From: the human T2T-CHM13v2.0 reference genome, Homo sapiens
Assembly (NCBI RefSeq): GCF_009914755.1
Contig: NC_060928.1
DNA: 64,000 nucleotides
Strand: one strand, 5' to 3'
Positions 27,860 to 40,837 of the stretch are shown piece by piece. A program made the position numbers and the translations under genes. Position 1 is the first letter of the stretch. Each line of letters opens with the position of its first letter. The notes beneath the pieces are model-generated. The model was not told where the DNA came from and ran no database searches. It saw only the letters and a program-made list of their open reading frames with translations.

Positions 27860-29967
27860 TGTAATACTCTTATATTTGAAATGTTCAATATGGATAACTA
27901 CTTTAATTAGCTTGCCAATATCACTTTAGCAGTAGTAGTGACTCAGAGTGTGGAGTATAGTGTTTTCCATCACTAAATATCTTTACTTACTCACGAGCTG
28001 AAAATTCCTTGTTAAGTACATTTCAACTTTCTATTTTCAAGCGTATGACATTCTATGGTTCTACTAATTTAATCACCAAGCTGGACCATGAAGGTGATAG
28101 AGTCCCAGTAAAGTCTGTAATAGATGTTCAAACAATTACTGTGTATGTCCCTTAATGAGGAACTTTTTTTATTACTCCATAATTATAGGTAAAGTCACAA
28201 TGCTTAAAACAACAGTTGATACAGAAAGTGTAGATAACTTCTGGAAACTCCCTGAAGTACTTTACAAATAGTACTCAAAGCTTTTCTCTCTTTCATCACC
28301 ACATTTATTTGAAATAGTTGAATATATCATATTTGGAAGACATTATCTTTGGAAAACATGTCATGGCTGAGGGACTGTGCATCAGGAGATAAACTCAGAG
28401 AGATTGAAGGAACCTATAAATGAGGAGATTGGGCATCCCAAGGTGCCCGAATAATCAGCCAGCTGCAGAAAATCATAGCCCTAATTCAGTGCTATTCATA
28501 GAACAGAGCACGGTAAGAGAGTTTTGGGGAGAGCTTGGCATATGTCATCTGGAGCTTGGGACACATGTCAACACATAGATTGATGTATGCGCTGCACCTG
28601 CATTACGATTCTGTATATGGAGAGATGGGTAGAACCATTTTAAAGCATAAGATGAGATGAAAGGGCTGTCTGAATGCCCACCTTTTGTCCTGGTAAGAAC
28701 TTATGTGTTTTCTTGTGCAAAATGAACCTAGCAACAAGAAGTTTTTCAAATTAAAAGTAGGCAAATAAACAAAAAATACAAATAAAAATGCTTTAATTTA
28801 TTTCACCTAATTCTAATCCTTACTTCTTCCACCTTTATCCTGAAAGATTCAGAAATGACAGAGAAGAGGACAGGGAGGAATGACCATGAATAAACGAACC
28901 ATGTCTCTCTGACACATCGCAATATTGTGGGGAAAAAAGAAATGAAAAATGATTTGGATTTTAATAGGAACATTAAATATATTTGCAGGCAAACTTTACT
29001 TAACAAAATGTAATGTGTTCTTACTACTGAAATAGATGACCTCCAGAAGAAAGGGAGGGATATTTGAGCACAAAGAAGCCTTTAATCGGGGATATTGTCT
29101 TTTTCCCATGTGTATCCTCACCAAATTCAGACTGTTCAAAATCCAATTCATAATAGTTTTATGTAAAGACTTTGTATGAAGTTTCAATGCAAGTAGACAA
29201 ACACTCATATCCCAAGAAAGAAAGGACTCATGTTTTATGCAATACCGCTCATGTTTAGTAAATACTTTTTTGGAGAGATGGCAAATGGCCCTTTACATTG
29301 AGTGAATCAGCTTAAGACAGACATTGCAATACAAAGAAAAGAATTTATGCTTCCTTGTAGCCAAAAAAAAAAAAAAAACACGAAGTTTTATTCTTCAAAA
29401 CAGTTTGAGACTGGCAAAATAATTGAGAAGAAGACAGTAGAGAGAGATTTCATATACCTTGCACCCAGGTTCTCCTATTATTAATACCTTACATTAGTGG
29501 GGTAAATTTGTTATAATTAACCAGTATTGACATCTTATTATTAACTAAAGCTCATACTTAGATTTTTTTAGTTTTATTTTTTTTATTTCTCAGGATTCCA
29601 TGTAATATACCATATTTCATTTAGTTGTCATATCTCTTTATGACTGTCTTGACTGCAACAGTTTTTCACTCTTTTCTCCTTGTTTTTGAAAACCTCGATG
29701 GTTTTGAGATGTGCTGATCAGTTGTTTTGAAAGATTCCCCTGTACTGTAATTTATTTGAAGTTATTTTCTCATGATTACACTAGATTATGTGTCCTTACA
29801 TCATATGAAGGGTACAAACTAGGAACATGATATATGTTGATACTGACTTCGAACGCCTTGTTAGGGTGATGTTTAACAGGTTTCTCTACTGTAAAGCTAA
29901 TCTCTTGTTTTCCTCCCATTTCATATTGTAATTTGTCTAAAAAAGTCACCATACATAGCCTACTCTT

Positions 29968-30163
29968 TTATATATATGTGTGTATACATATTTATATAAA
30001 ATTACATATAATTATAAATGTATTATGTATGTTATATATAATATGATATGTTTATATAAAATTATATATAATTATTATATTTATTTTTATATTAATAATA
30101 CATAATATATAATTTATATATATTTCTATATTATATATGTAAAAATATATATTTTATATATAC
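29968..30163. repeat. TA-rich low-complexity tract derived from an Alu tail
   Basis: About 195 bp of degenerate (TA)n lying inside the Alu's TSD pair. Confidence 0.9.
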
Positions 30164-30454
30164 TAGAGACAGGGTCTTGCTCTGTCATCCAGCTGGAGTG
30201 TGCAGTGGCACCATCACACACAGCTCACTGCAGCCTTGACTGCCTGGGCTTAAGTGATCCTCTCAGCTCAGCCACTCCAGTAGCTGGGACTACAGGAGCA
30301 CACCAACATGCCTGGCTAAGTTTTTAAAATTTCTGATAGTGATGTGGTTTCATTATGTTACCCAGGCTGGTCTCAAACTCCTGAGCTGAAGCAGTCCTTT
30401 CATCTCGGCCTCTCAAAGGCCTAGGATTACAGGCCTGAGCCACTGCACCCAGTC
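30164..30454 (-). mobile_element. Alu (AluJ-like)
   Basis: Reverse Alu. TSD atagcctactctt (29955-29967) / acagcctactctt (30455-30467). Confidence 0.95.
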
Positions 30455-32123
30455 ACAGCCTACTCTTAAGCAATAGAAAATCTCTTCACTTGTGGGTGGA
30501 GATTCTATATAAATTATCCAGAATTCTGCATAGGCCATCTGTCTATTCTCCCCTCTTGATGTAGTTATTCAATCATTTATTTATATCAGTATGAATGCAT
30601 GGATATTAATTGTGTATGTTGGGTTATAATTCAATATATTAATATAATTCAGTACTACTTTAATTTGTTGCTCAAATTATTCTAGCTGTGACTATTGAAA
30701 GCTCTTTCACTTAGCCATCCTGTTTCATTGTTCCATTAACATAGTTGTTTTGTTTTGTTCTGTTTGAGCACTTCCTTACTTTCTGGTACTTCAGATCTCC
30801 CAAGCTCATCTTGTATTTTTCCTCTCAAGTCCTAGAACAAGCCGTTTCTCCAAAGAGTCCTGTTTTTATTAGACAATGGTACTAAAAAGCAAGATTTAGG
30901 AATTAGGTTTGCTTGTTGCTACTAGGGGCCAATTGCTTTTGGAGTCTTACTGATAATAAAGAAAGGAAAATATGTGTATATGTAAACTATGATAGATGTA
31001 TATATCTATATAATATTTTCATATGTAACAATCTGTTTCTATATTCAGGTAAACCTGAGTTCTAATGATGTTTCCAACTATTTGTCTTTTCATCTCAAGA
31101 ATCATTTTAATCTCATCTCCTTGTTTATCGGTGTATTCTCATTATAATTGTGGGAAATTTGGCTCCCACCATCTATCATGGACATTCTTAATTGTTCAAT
31201 TCCAGTATACATATGTAGTAATACTGAAAGTAGTGTGTATCCCTGTAGGAAACAACTGTGTCAACTACAGTTCTGTGCTTGTGAAGTCTCTTGCTTTTAG
31301 TCGTACATTCTCTCATTTCCAGAGTTACTTAGGTCAGCAATTTTTTCTACATTCCCTTTAGTAAGGTTGTTTCATACTCTTTTAAAACATATTGATCATG
31401 CAGTCACAGTCTGCATTAATTTATAGAATCCCCAAACCTTCTAAAATATAAATTTGTATATATTAAGTTTCATTCTTTTTGCTGTAAAGTTCTATGGGTT
31501 TTGATAAATGCCTAATGTCACTTATCCTGCATCATGGTATCATACACCATGATTCCACAGCCCTAAGAAGTCTCCTGCACTCTACCTATTCAATCCGCAG
31601 TACCTCCAACCTACTGGCAATTGCTGATTGTTTAATCCTCTATATATTTCATCTTATACAAAATATCATATAATTGGAATCATACAGAATATAGCCAATG
31701 GCTTCTTTTACTTGGCAAGATGTATTGAAGGTACATCAATGTCTTTTGGTTACCTGACAGCTCATTTATTTTTTATTATAGAGTAATATTCAATTACATA
31801 GATGTACCACCGTTTGTTTATTCATTCACCTATTGAAGGACATCTTGGTTGCTTGCAATTTTTGATGTTTATAAGTGAAACTAATATGGACACCGACATG
31901 CAGATTCTGTCTGAATGTAAGTTTTCAAATCAACTGAACAGAAATCTTGAAATGTGGTTGCTGGAATGTGTAGTAAAACTGTGTTTAGCTTCACATGAAT
32001 AGCAAAACTATTTCCAAATGACCATTCCACTTTTCATTCCAACCAGTAATGAATGAGAGTTCCTGTTGCCCTGGATTCTCATCAGCAGTTGGAATTGTAT
32101 TTTAGACTTTAGCCATTTTAATG

Positions 32124-32464
32124 CAGCCACACACTACATAAGGGTGTTTTAGTTAATGACAAACTGGATATGTGATGGTAGTCCCATAAGATTATAATAT
32201 CATATTTTTACTGTATCTTTTATATGTTTAGATACACAAATATTTACCATTGTGTTACAATTGCCTACAGAATTCAGTACAATAACATGCTGTACAGATT
32301 TGTAGCCTAGGAACAACAGGCTATACCACATAGTCTAGGTGTGTAGTAGTCCATACCAGCTAGGTTTACATAAGCACATTCTATGATGTTTGCACAACAA
32401 CCAAATCATCTACTGATGCATTTCTCAGAATGTGTATCTCCATTGTTAATCAATGCATGACCAT
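32124..32464 (-). mobile_element. Tigger3a (MER7A)-like element inside L1
   Basis: Reverse-complement homology to both ends of the Tigger3b at 19296 (ggtagtcccataagattataa; gcatttctcagaatgtgtatc). Confidence 0.85.
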
Positions 32465-33969
32465 ACATGTGTAATGGTATTTCATTGTGGTTTTACTTTG
32501 AAATTACCTAATAAAATATAATTTTTTCATATGCTTATTTGCCCTGTTGTATCTTCTTTGATGAAATGTCATTTTATATATTTATCCATTTTTAATTGTC
32601 TTTTATTTTTCTTATTTGTCAGTTTTGTAGGTTCTTTGTATATTTTGGATACAAGCCCCTTATCAGATATATGTTTTGCAAATATTCTTTCTCAGGTTTT
32701 GGCTTGTTTTTTTGATAATTTTAATTTTGGCTTTCACAGAGCAGATGTTTTTAATATTAATAAAATTCAACTTGACAATTTTTCTTCCATAGATTGCGCT
32801 ATTGCTGTCATATTTAAAGACTCATCACAAAATCTAAGATGACAGGTTTGTCACTAAGTTTGGAAAATTCTTGGCCATTATTACTTCAAATAATTTTTCA
32901 GCTCTGTTCTCTTTTTCTCCTTCCAGCATTTTAATTATGCATATGTTATACTTTTTGAAATTACCCCACAGTCTTAGATATTCTTTTGTATTTTTTTTTA
33001 TCATCTCTTTGCAATTCACTTACGGAAGTGTTTTTGACATATCTTCAAACTCACTTATTAATTCCTTGGCCATTTCCAGTCTTCTGATGTGCCCATCAAA
33101 GGAATTATGTTAGTGGTTTTTATTTTTTCTTGGAGCTTCTACCTCTCTGCTCACATAACCCATCTGTTCTTCCATATTATATCTTAATTCCAGTACTGTT
33201 CTTAACATATTAATTATAGTAATGATTGTGTGATAATTCTAGTATTTGTGTCATATCTGAGTCTGTTTTTGATGTTTGCATTATCTCTTAAGATTTTGGA
33301 TTTTTTTCTTTTCTTTAATATTTTTTATTTTTATTGAAAGCCAGACACGATGACTTCAGTAATAGGAACGTAGAGTATAGGCCATTAATGTGATGTTTTC
33401 TAGTTAATTTGTTTGGGGGTTGGGCTGTGTTTGATGTTTATCATAACTGTAGGTGCCAAAGGCTTCAAATTCTTCCAGTGTCTTCGTTTTTGTTTCTCTT
33501 GTTGTATTTTGGCTCTCCCTAAAATCTTTTTTTAAAATAGAATCTGTGCCTTGGAGCTCTTTTAGGTGTAGTCCACTTTCATTATAATGAAGCCCTGTTG
33601 ATGTGGTGTGGGGTAAGGAGTGGGTGACGGGAAGCATTCTATAATTTTATAATCAATCCACAGTCTTTTAGTGGACCTGTTTTTCTGAGCTGTGACCTTC
33701 ACAAGTGTTTCTCACCTCAGATACAGAAAATTACAACCTATTTGTGCAAAAGCCCACAAGTAGAAACCTCCAGGGGAACCAATGCCAAGGTAAGAAAACA
33801 AACTGTAATTGATGAATTTCTGGAGGAACATTGTAGACAACTCTGAGAGGTAAAAACTCCAGGGAGACCCAATTATTAAGGAGCCTGCACACATCTGTGA
33901 GCTTTATCACCAGGGGCTCTGCCACGTCCTCATGGTGAGGACGTAAAAAACCCATCCCGGAATGAATAA

Positions 33970-35350
33970 CCAATTATATCAAGGCTGCAAGATACAAGTT
34001 TAACGTACAAAAGTTAATTTCTTTCCTATATAGTAGGAATAAGTAAGTACAATGTAAAATTAAAGACACATTACCATTTATATAAACAGCAAATATGTAT
34101 GTGTATATATATAATAGTTATAATTTTTAAAAAATGTACAAGGTCTATATGAGAAAAACTAAAAAATAATGAAAGATATCATATCATAACTAAATAAATG
34201 GAGAGATATTTCATATTTATGGATAGGAAGACAATATTGTCAAGATGTCATTTCTTCCTAACTCATCTATAGATTCAATGTAGATTCAATCCAATTCTGG
34301 GATTCATAATCCCAGAAAGTAATTTAGTGGGTATTGACAAACATAGTCTAAGTTTACATGAACTAAGACATCATCAAAGTAGTAATGCAAATGGCAAGTA
34401 ATCATATAAACAATATGAAATATCGTATGCCATTAGGGAATTGCAAATTAAAATAATAAAAAGATACCACAACATGCCTATTTGAATGGCCAAAACCCAA
34501 AACTCTGACAATACCAAATACTGGCAGGAATGCAGAAGAACAGTAACTCTAATTCATTGCTGGTAGGAATGCAAAAACATACAGCCACCTTTGAAGACAT
34601 TTTGGCATGTTTTTTCACAAAACTAAGCATACTATTGGAATATTATGCAGCAATTATGTTCCTTGGTATTTACATAAAGGAATTGAAAACTGATGGCCCC
34701 ACACAAACCCGCTCATGGATATTTATAGCAGCTTTATTCATAGTTGTCAAAACTTGGTGGCAACCAAGAGGTCCTTCAGCAACAAATGTACCACTGTGAT
34801 GTTGATAGTAGAGGAGGCTGTGTGTGTTTCTAATAATGTTCTGCATGCCAAAGTTTTGATTCAATAAGACAAAAATAATATTAAAAAGCCAAACTAATGA
34901 GGACAAATAATAGTTTAAGAAGGTACACAGAAACATTTGGCATAATATCCAAACACAAATTTCCATCAACAAAAGAATGAAAGAATGCATTGCAGCAATC
35001 AATAAAATAAAACACCAGTCAGCAATTAAAGTAAATTACTTATGCAACTTGGATGAATCTCAAAAGTATTGTTTTGAATGAAAAAAGTTACACACTAATA
35101 GTACATACTGTATAATGATATTTATATGATATAAATCAGATAAAACTAATAACTGGTAATTAAATTCAGATTTGCGTGCATGTTTGTGGTGAGGTAGGGG
35201 GCACTGCATTGACTGAAAGGGTACAGAGTATTATGAGCTTTTATAAAAATATTTCTCTTTTTTCAGTGATGGTTACATGTAAGCATAACATTGTCAAATT
35301 TCATCAAACTATACACTTTATTGTATTTTATTGTATAAATATGCCTTAAT
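33970..35350 (+). mobile_element. Old L1 ORF2 3' fragments and 3'UTR (L1MD/L1ME-like)
   Basis: ggctgcaagatacaag, atttatggataggaagacaatattgtcaagatgtca, gcagctttattcatagttgtcaaaacttgg. Confidence 0.75.
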
Positions 35351-36110
35351 AAGGAAAAAAATTGACTATGTCCATTTATTATGCAATCTAATTATTCTTT
35401 TTTTCCTAATAATTTGATTCTTATTTTCAGTATCTCTGAATTCCTACTTATAACAACCTTTGGTGTATTCAATATCCTCCTTATTTTTCTGAAGATATTT
35501 ATTATGCTTATTTCTTTAATTATTGTCATCCCGTTATATCAGTTTTCTTTTACTTTTATTTGTATATTATTCAATTTTTTATTTGTTTCATAATGATTTT
35601 GTTCTTCCAATAACTCCTATTATTTCTGTGTAAACTTACATTTTCATCTCTAATGAAAGTCAGTTCTTTTTATTATTAATGATTACCTGGAGTTTGGCCA
35701 ACTGCCTTGGCCTTAGCTTACACATTTAAAGATGAGTTGATGGGCAGAGGCAGAGTCCCTGTTGTTGCAATTTGGGTATGTTCTTTTCTCTCTGCCACTC
35801 TTCCTATGTTCTTTGATTAAAGAGGCCATTGCTTTATCTTGTGTCCATTATTTTCCAATTGAAATTGCAGAGCCCACAGCAGGGGTGAGTGGATTACTTA
35901 GGGCCTTTCAGGCAGCCTGCATATTTCTACATGATCTCATAACAACCAGGTGAAAAGCATCCCAAAACTGCCACTGAAAAACTGCATGTCTTGTTTGTGT
36001 TGCCTTTGTAGCTCCTGGGTATATACTCATCCAGATTTTGTCTGGAAAGCTTTTTATCTCTTTTCATTTGTTCACTCTTGTATTTCTTTCAGATTTCAGC
36101 TTTTGTTATC

Positions 36111-36405
36111 TTTTTTTTTTTTTTTTTTGATGGAGTCTCACTCTGTCATCCAGGCTGGACTGCAGTGGTGCAATCTCCACTCACTGCAACCTTCATCTCC
36201 CGGGTTCAAGATTCTCCTGCCTCAGCCTCTCGAGTAGCTGGGATTACAAGCAAGCGCCACCACGCCTGGCTAATTTTGTATTTTTAGTAGAGATGGGGTT
36301 TCACCACGTTGGCCAGGCTCATCTTGAACTCCTGACCTCAGGTGATCCGCCGGCCTAAGCCTCCCAAAGTGCTGGGATTACAAGCATGAGCCACTGCGCC
36401 AGGCC
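36111..36405 (-). mobile_element. Alu (AluSx/Sz-like)
   Basis: Reverse Alu with poly-T. Perfect TSD agcttttgttatctt (36098-36112 / 36406-36420). Confidence 0.96.
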
Positions 36406-39400
36406 AGCTTTTGTTATCTTAACAAAGAAAGGTCTCTGGACAATATTCTTCCCTAAGATAATTAAGTTAGAGTCTCTTGTATTTTCAAAGTGAAGGAACC
36501 CCAATGGAATTTAATATTTCTTATGTCACAGAAATTAATTAACTAATCCCTGTGATATATAGCTCGTGTGTTTTCCTAGTAGACAATAAGCCTTATAGGA
36601 ACATACACATTCTGCTTTCAGTTTTACCTCCAAAACTACTCATCTATCTTTTTATATTAATAAAACTAGTTAAAGAGAAATTTAAAAGGTGTTTAATTCA
36701 TAAGGAGAGCTAAACCTTGGCTAGATCCATCCAAAAGAATAAAAACTCAAACATGCACAGGCATGCAGGCACATACACGTTACCTTCACAGAAGTCATTG
36801 TTATTTCATGGTTTGGTCTGAATAATGTAACAAAACAAAAAAATATACACATTCATACCCCAGGTATTTTCTACTGTGGTATTTAACTGACTTCACCTAT
36901 AGATAGGAATGTTCTACTAAGGTTTCTCCACACTAAAGCTGGACATATAGTTGATGGTAGTGATAAAGGAAACACTGTTAGTCTTGGAATTGCAGTTAAG
37001 GATATTAAGACATTTTGCTTTATAGAAGTAAAAAGAAAGATTTTAAAATGATCAAATGTTAGAAATTTCACTTGGACCTGGGGATACAGAATAAAGTGAC
37101 TCCTTTACATATCTATAAGGACCTCAGATAATCAAAAATCATCCAGAAATCAGACCGTAGTAGAAAAATTATCTAGTTTCTAAGGTTTCACTACCTATGG
37201 CTATGAAAGATTAATCATAGTAACTAGTAGAATCCATTCTTTTGGGCACTTAATTTTGCTCTTTAGTAGGTCCCATTTAGGGCCTCAATAAATTGTTTCA
37301 CTGATTTCAAATGCTGAGTCAGCAAGATGTAGTAATGAATGGTTAGCTAAAGTTTATACAAGAGTATCTCTTCTGCCCTTAGCTTTCAATAATCTGATTT
37401 CTCTTCCTATTTCCTATTGTTGCTGCCATTTAGAAAGCACCCTACATCCCTCCATATTGGCCAAGCAAAAAAAAATACAAAGTCTATCGGAGAACAAATG
37501 ATTATTGGGCCAGAAACTAACCGTATAATATGTAGGAAAAATCATATTCTTGAAAAGCTGAGGAAAAAATGACAACAAAGTTGGCTTAAGAATAGTTAAC
37601 AGAATATCTTTGATATGTTTCTATTTTAATTAAAGATATAGATTGCTGGCTTCTTTCATTAATCCTGGAGAAAACAAATAGGGGAGGTGGAGAAAGATGG
37701 CCAAATAAAAGACAACACCATTTGTCCCCCTATCCAGGAACATAAATTTTAACAACTGACTACACACAAATGTACCATCACAAGAATTAAAAATTAGGTG
37801 AGCAATCACAGTACCTGGTTTTATCTTCATATCACAGAAAGAGACATTGAAGTGTCAATAATATTCCTCTCCCATCCCCTGGCAGGGACCATGTGGCACA
37901 GAGAATCTGTGCACTTGGGAGAGAGAAAGCCAAGTGACTATTAGGCTTGGCATTGAATTCAGTGCTGCCCTGTCACAGCAGAAAGCAGAAGCAGGCTGTG
38001 TCTGCCCGAAGAGGGAGCTTTGAAACAGCCCTTAGCCAGAGGGGAATCGCCCGTCCCAGTAGTTGGAGCTTGAGTTCTGGCGAGCCTTGCCACCATGGGC
38101 TAGAGCACTCTGTGGCCCTAGGTGAACTTCATGGCCACAAGGAATGTAATTCCTAGGCAAGTTGTATGGCTGATCTGGGGCTGAGACCCAGTGGAATGAG
38201 AGGAATCATTACCTACTAAGACACCAGCCAGGACAGCTAAGGGAGCACTTACTCCACACTTCCCCATACCCCAGCAGCAGCCACGTGGCACAGAGAAATC
38301 TGTGAGCTTGGGAGAGGGAGAACACAGCAACTGGAGGCTTTCCATTGAAGTCAATGCTGCCCTGTAACAGCAGAGACCTGAAAGGATTCATCACCTGCAG
38401 ACTGAAGAGGCCCTGGGCTCTGAATAACCAAGAGTTATACCCAGTTAATTCACTGTGGGCTTGGACTCTGAGATGTTCTGGCTTCAGATGTGACCCAGCA
38501 CATTCACAGCTGTGGTGGCTACAATAAAAGATTCCTTCTGTTTGAGAAAAGCAGAGAAAAAATATAAGGGGATTCTGTTTAACATCTTAGGCACCAGTTC
38601 AACTGCTGTGGAATAGAGCACCAAACATGTTCTTGGGATCCCTAAGTCCAAGCCTAGGTTCTTGGTCAGCATTTCTGGGCCTGCCCTGGGCCAGATGGGA
38701 GCCCACTATCCTGAAGGGCGAGTCCGAGGCCTGGCAGCATTTATCACAAACTGACTAAAGAGCCCTTGGGCTTTAAGCAAACATCAGTACTAGCTTGGCA
38801 AAAACCATATGGATCAGTGGTGGTAGTGGGCACAGGGAGAGGCTCCTCTGACTGTGGAAAGGGTAGGGAAGAGTGGAACAAATTTTGTCTTATGGTTTAA
38901 GTGCCAGCTTAGACAAAGTAGAATACCAGATAAATTTCTAATGTTTTTGAATTCAATTTCTGGCTCTCAGACAGCATCTCTGAACTCATCTGGGGCCTGT
39001 GGGGATTTGCCACCCTGAAGGGAGGGACACTAATCTGGCTGGCTTTACCACATGTTAATTGTAGAGCCCTGTAGCCTCCAGTAAACTTAAGTGGTAGCTA
39101 GGTAGTGGTAACAGCAGACCCTGAGAGAGACCCAGTGCTGTGCTGGTTTCAGGTCTAAACCAATGTAGTCCCACTGGTGGTGGTCATAGGAATGCTTGTG
39201 TCCTCTCACCCCCAGTTCCAAAAGGCTCAGCACAGAGAGAAAGACCTTGTTTTGTGGAGAGAAAGTGAAGGTAAAAGACAAGAGTTTATGCCTGGTAATC
39301 CAGGTAATTCTTACAAAACTCATGCAAATCCACAAAGGCAGTACCTCCACAAGTCTACAAGAGCCACAGCATTACTGGGTTTGGGGCCCAAGTCCCTTCA

Positions 39401-39560
39401 AATACCTGGAAAGCCTTCCCAAGAAGGATGGGCACAAACAAGCGCAGGCTGTGAAGACCTCAAAAAATGCCTAACTGTTTATTGCTCAGGCAACAGTGAA
39501 TATCTACAAGCATCAAGATCATCCAAGAAAAAATGACCTCACCAAATGAACTAAATAAGG

Positions 39561-39914
39561 TGATATGGTTTGGCTGTGTCCCCACCCAAATCTCACCATA
39601 ATTGTAGTTCCCAGAATTCTCACATGTTGTGGGAGGAACCCGGTGGGAGTTAACTGAATCATGGGGGCAATTTCCCCCATACTGTTCTTGTGGTAGTGAA
39701 TAAGTCTCATGAGATATGATGGTTTATAAGGGGAAACTCCTTTCTCTTGTCTCTCATCATCTCTTGTTTGCCACCATGTAAGACAAGGCTTTTGCCTTCC
39801 ACCATAATTGTGAGGCCTCCCCAGCCACATGGAACTGTGCATCTATTAAACCTCTTTTTCTTTATAAATTACCCAGTCTCAGGTATGTCCTTATCAGCAG
39901 CATGAGAACAGACA
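39561..39914 (+). mobile_element. THE1C-like solo LTR
   Basis: tgatatggtttggctgtgtccccacccaaatctc...aattacccagtctcaggtatg. 5-bp TSD taagg / ttagg. Confidence 0.92.
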
Positions 39915-40523
39915 TTAGGCACCAGGGATCAATTCTAGAGGAACAGAGATATGTGACATTTCAGACAGATAATTAAAAATAGCTGTGTTGAAGAAACTAA
40001 AAAAAAATAAAAATTCAAGATAACAGAGAAAGTGAATTTGGAATTCTATCAGATAAATTTAACAAAGAGATTGAAATTATTAAAAAGAATCAAGCAGAAA
40101 GTCCAGAGTTGCCAAATGCAATTAACATACTGAAGAATTAATCAGTCTCTTAATAGCAGAATTTATCAAGCAGAAGAAAGAATTATTGAGCTTGAAGACA
40201 GGCTATTTGAAGATACACAGTCAAAGAAGAAAAAAGAAAAAAGAATAAAAAAGAATTAAGCATGTCTATCATACCTAGAAAGTAGCCTCAAAAGGCCAAA
40301 TCTAAGAGTTATTGGCTTTAAAAAGGAGGTAGAGAAAGATAAAGGGGTTTATCTTTAAGTTTATTCACAGGAATAGTAAGAGAACTTTCCAAACTTAGAG
40401 GAAGACATTAATATTTAAGTACAAGAAGGTTATGAAACACCAAGCAGATTTAACCCCAAGAAGACTACCTCTAGGCATTTAATAATCAAACTTTTAAAGG
40501 TCAAAGATAAAGAAGAAATCCTA

Positions 40524-40837
<314 letters not shown>

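Larger units (their letters stand above)
29440..33960 (-). mobile_element. Old L1 (L1MC/L1MD-like) 3'UTR/ORF2 end joined to ORF1/5' region fragments
   Basis: Reverse L1: tttattcattcacctattgaaggacatcttggttgc; track ORF 32834-33019 (AEKLFEVIMAKNFPNL) is an ORF1 remnant. Confidence 0.8.

Noticed and set aside
37665-37680. TSD for the host L1 (gagaaaacaaata versus gagaacatag near 52268)
   Set aside because: Similarity is too weak in A-rich sequence to call.
37870-39300. Recurrent ~100-300 bp GC-richer units here and at 41650-43200 as an array or CRISPR-like structure
   Set aside because: They are the internally repetitive 5'UTRs of two related L1s, with no constant repeat plus unique spacer pattern.
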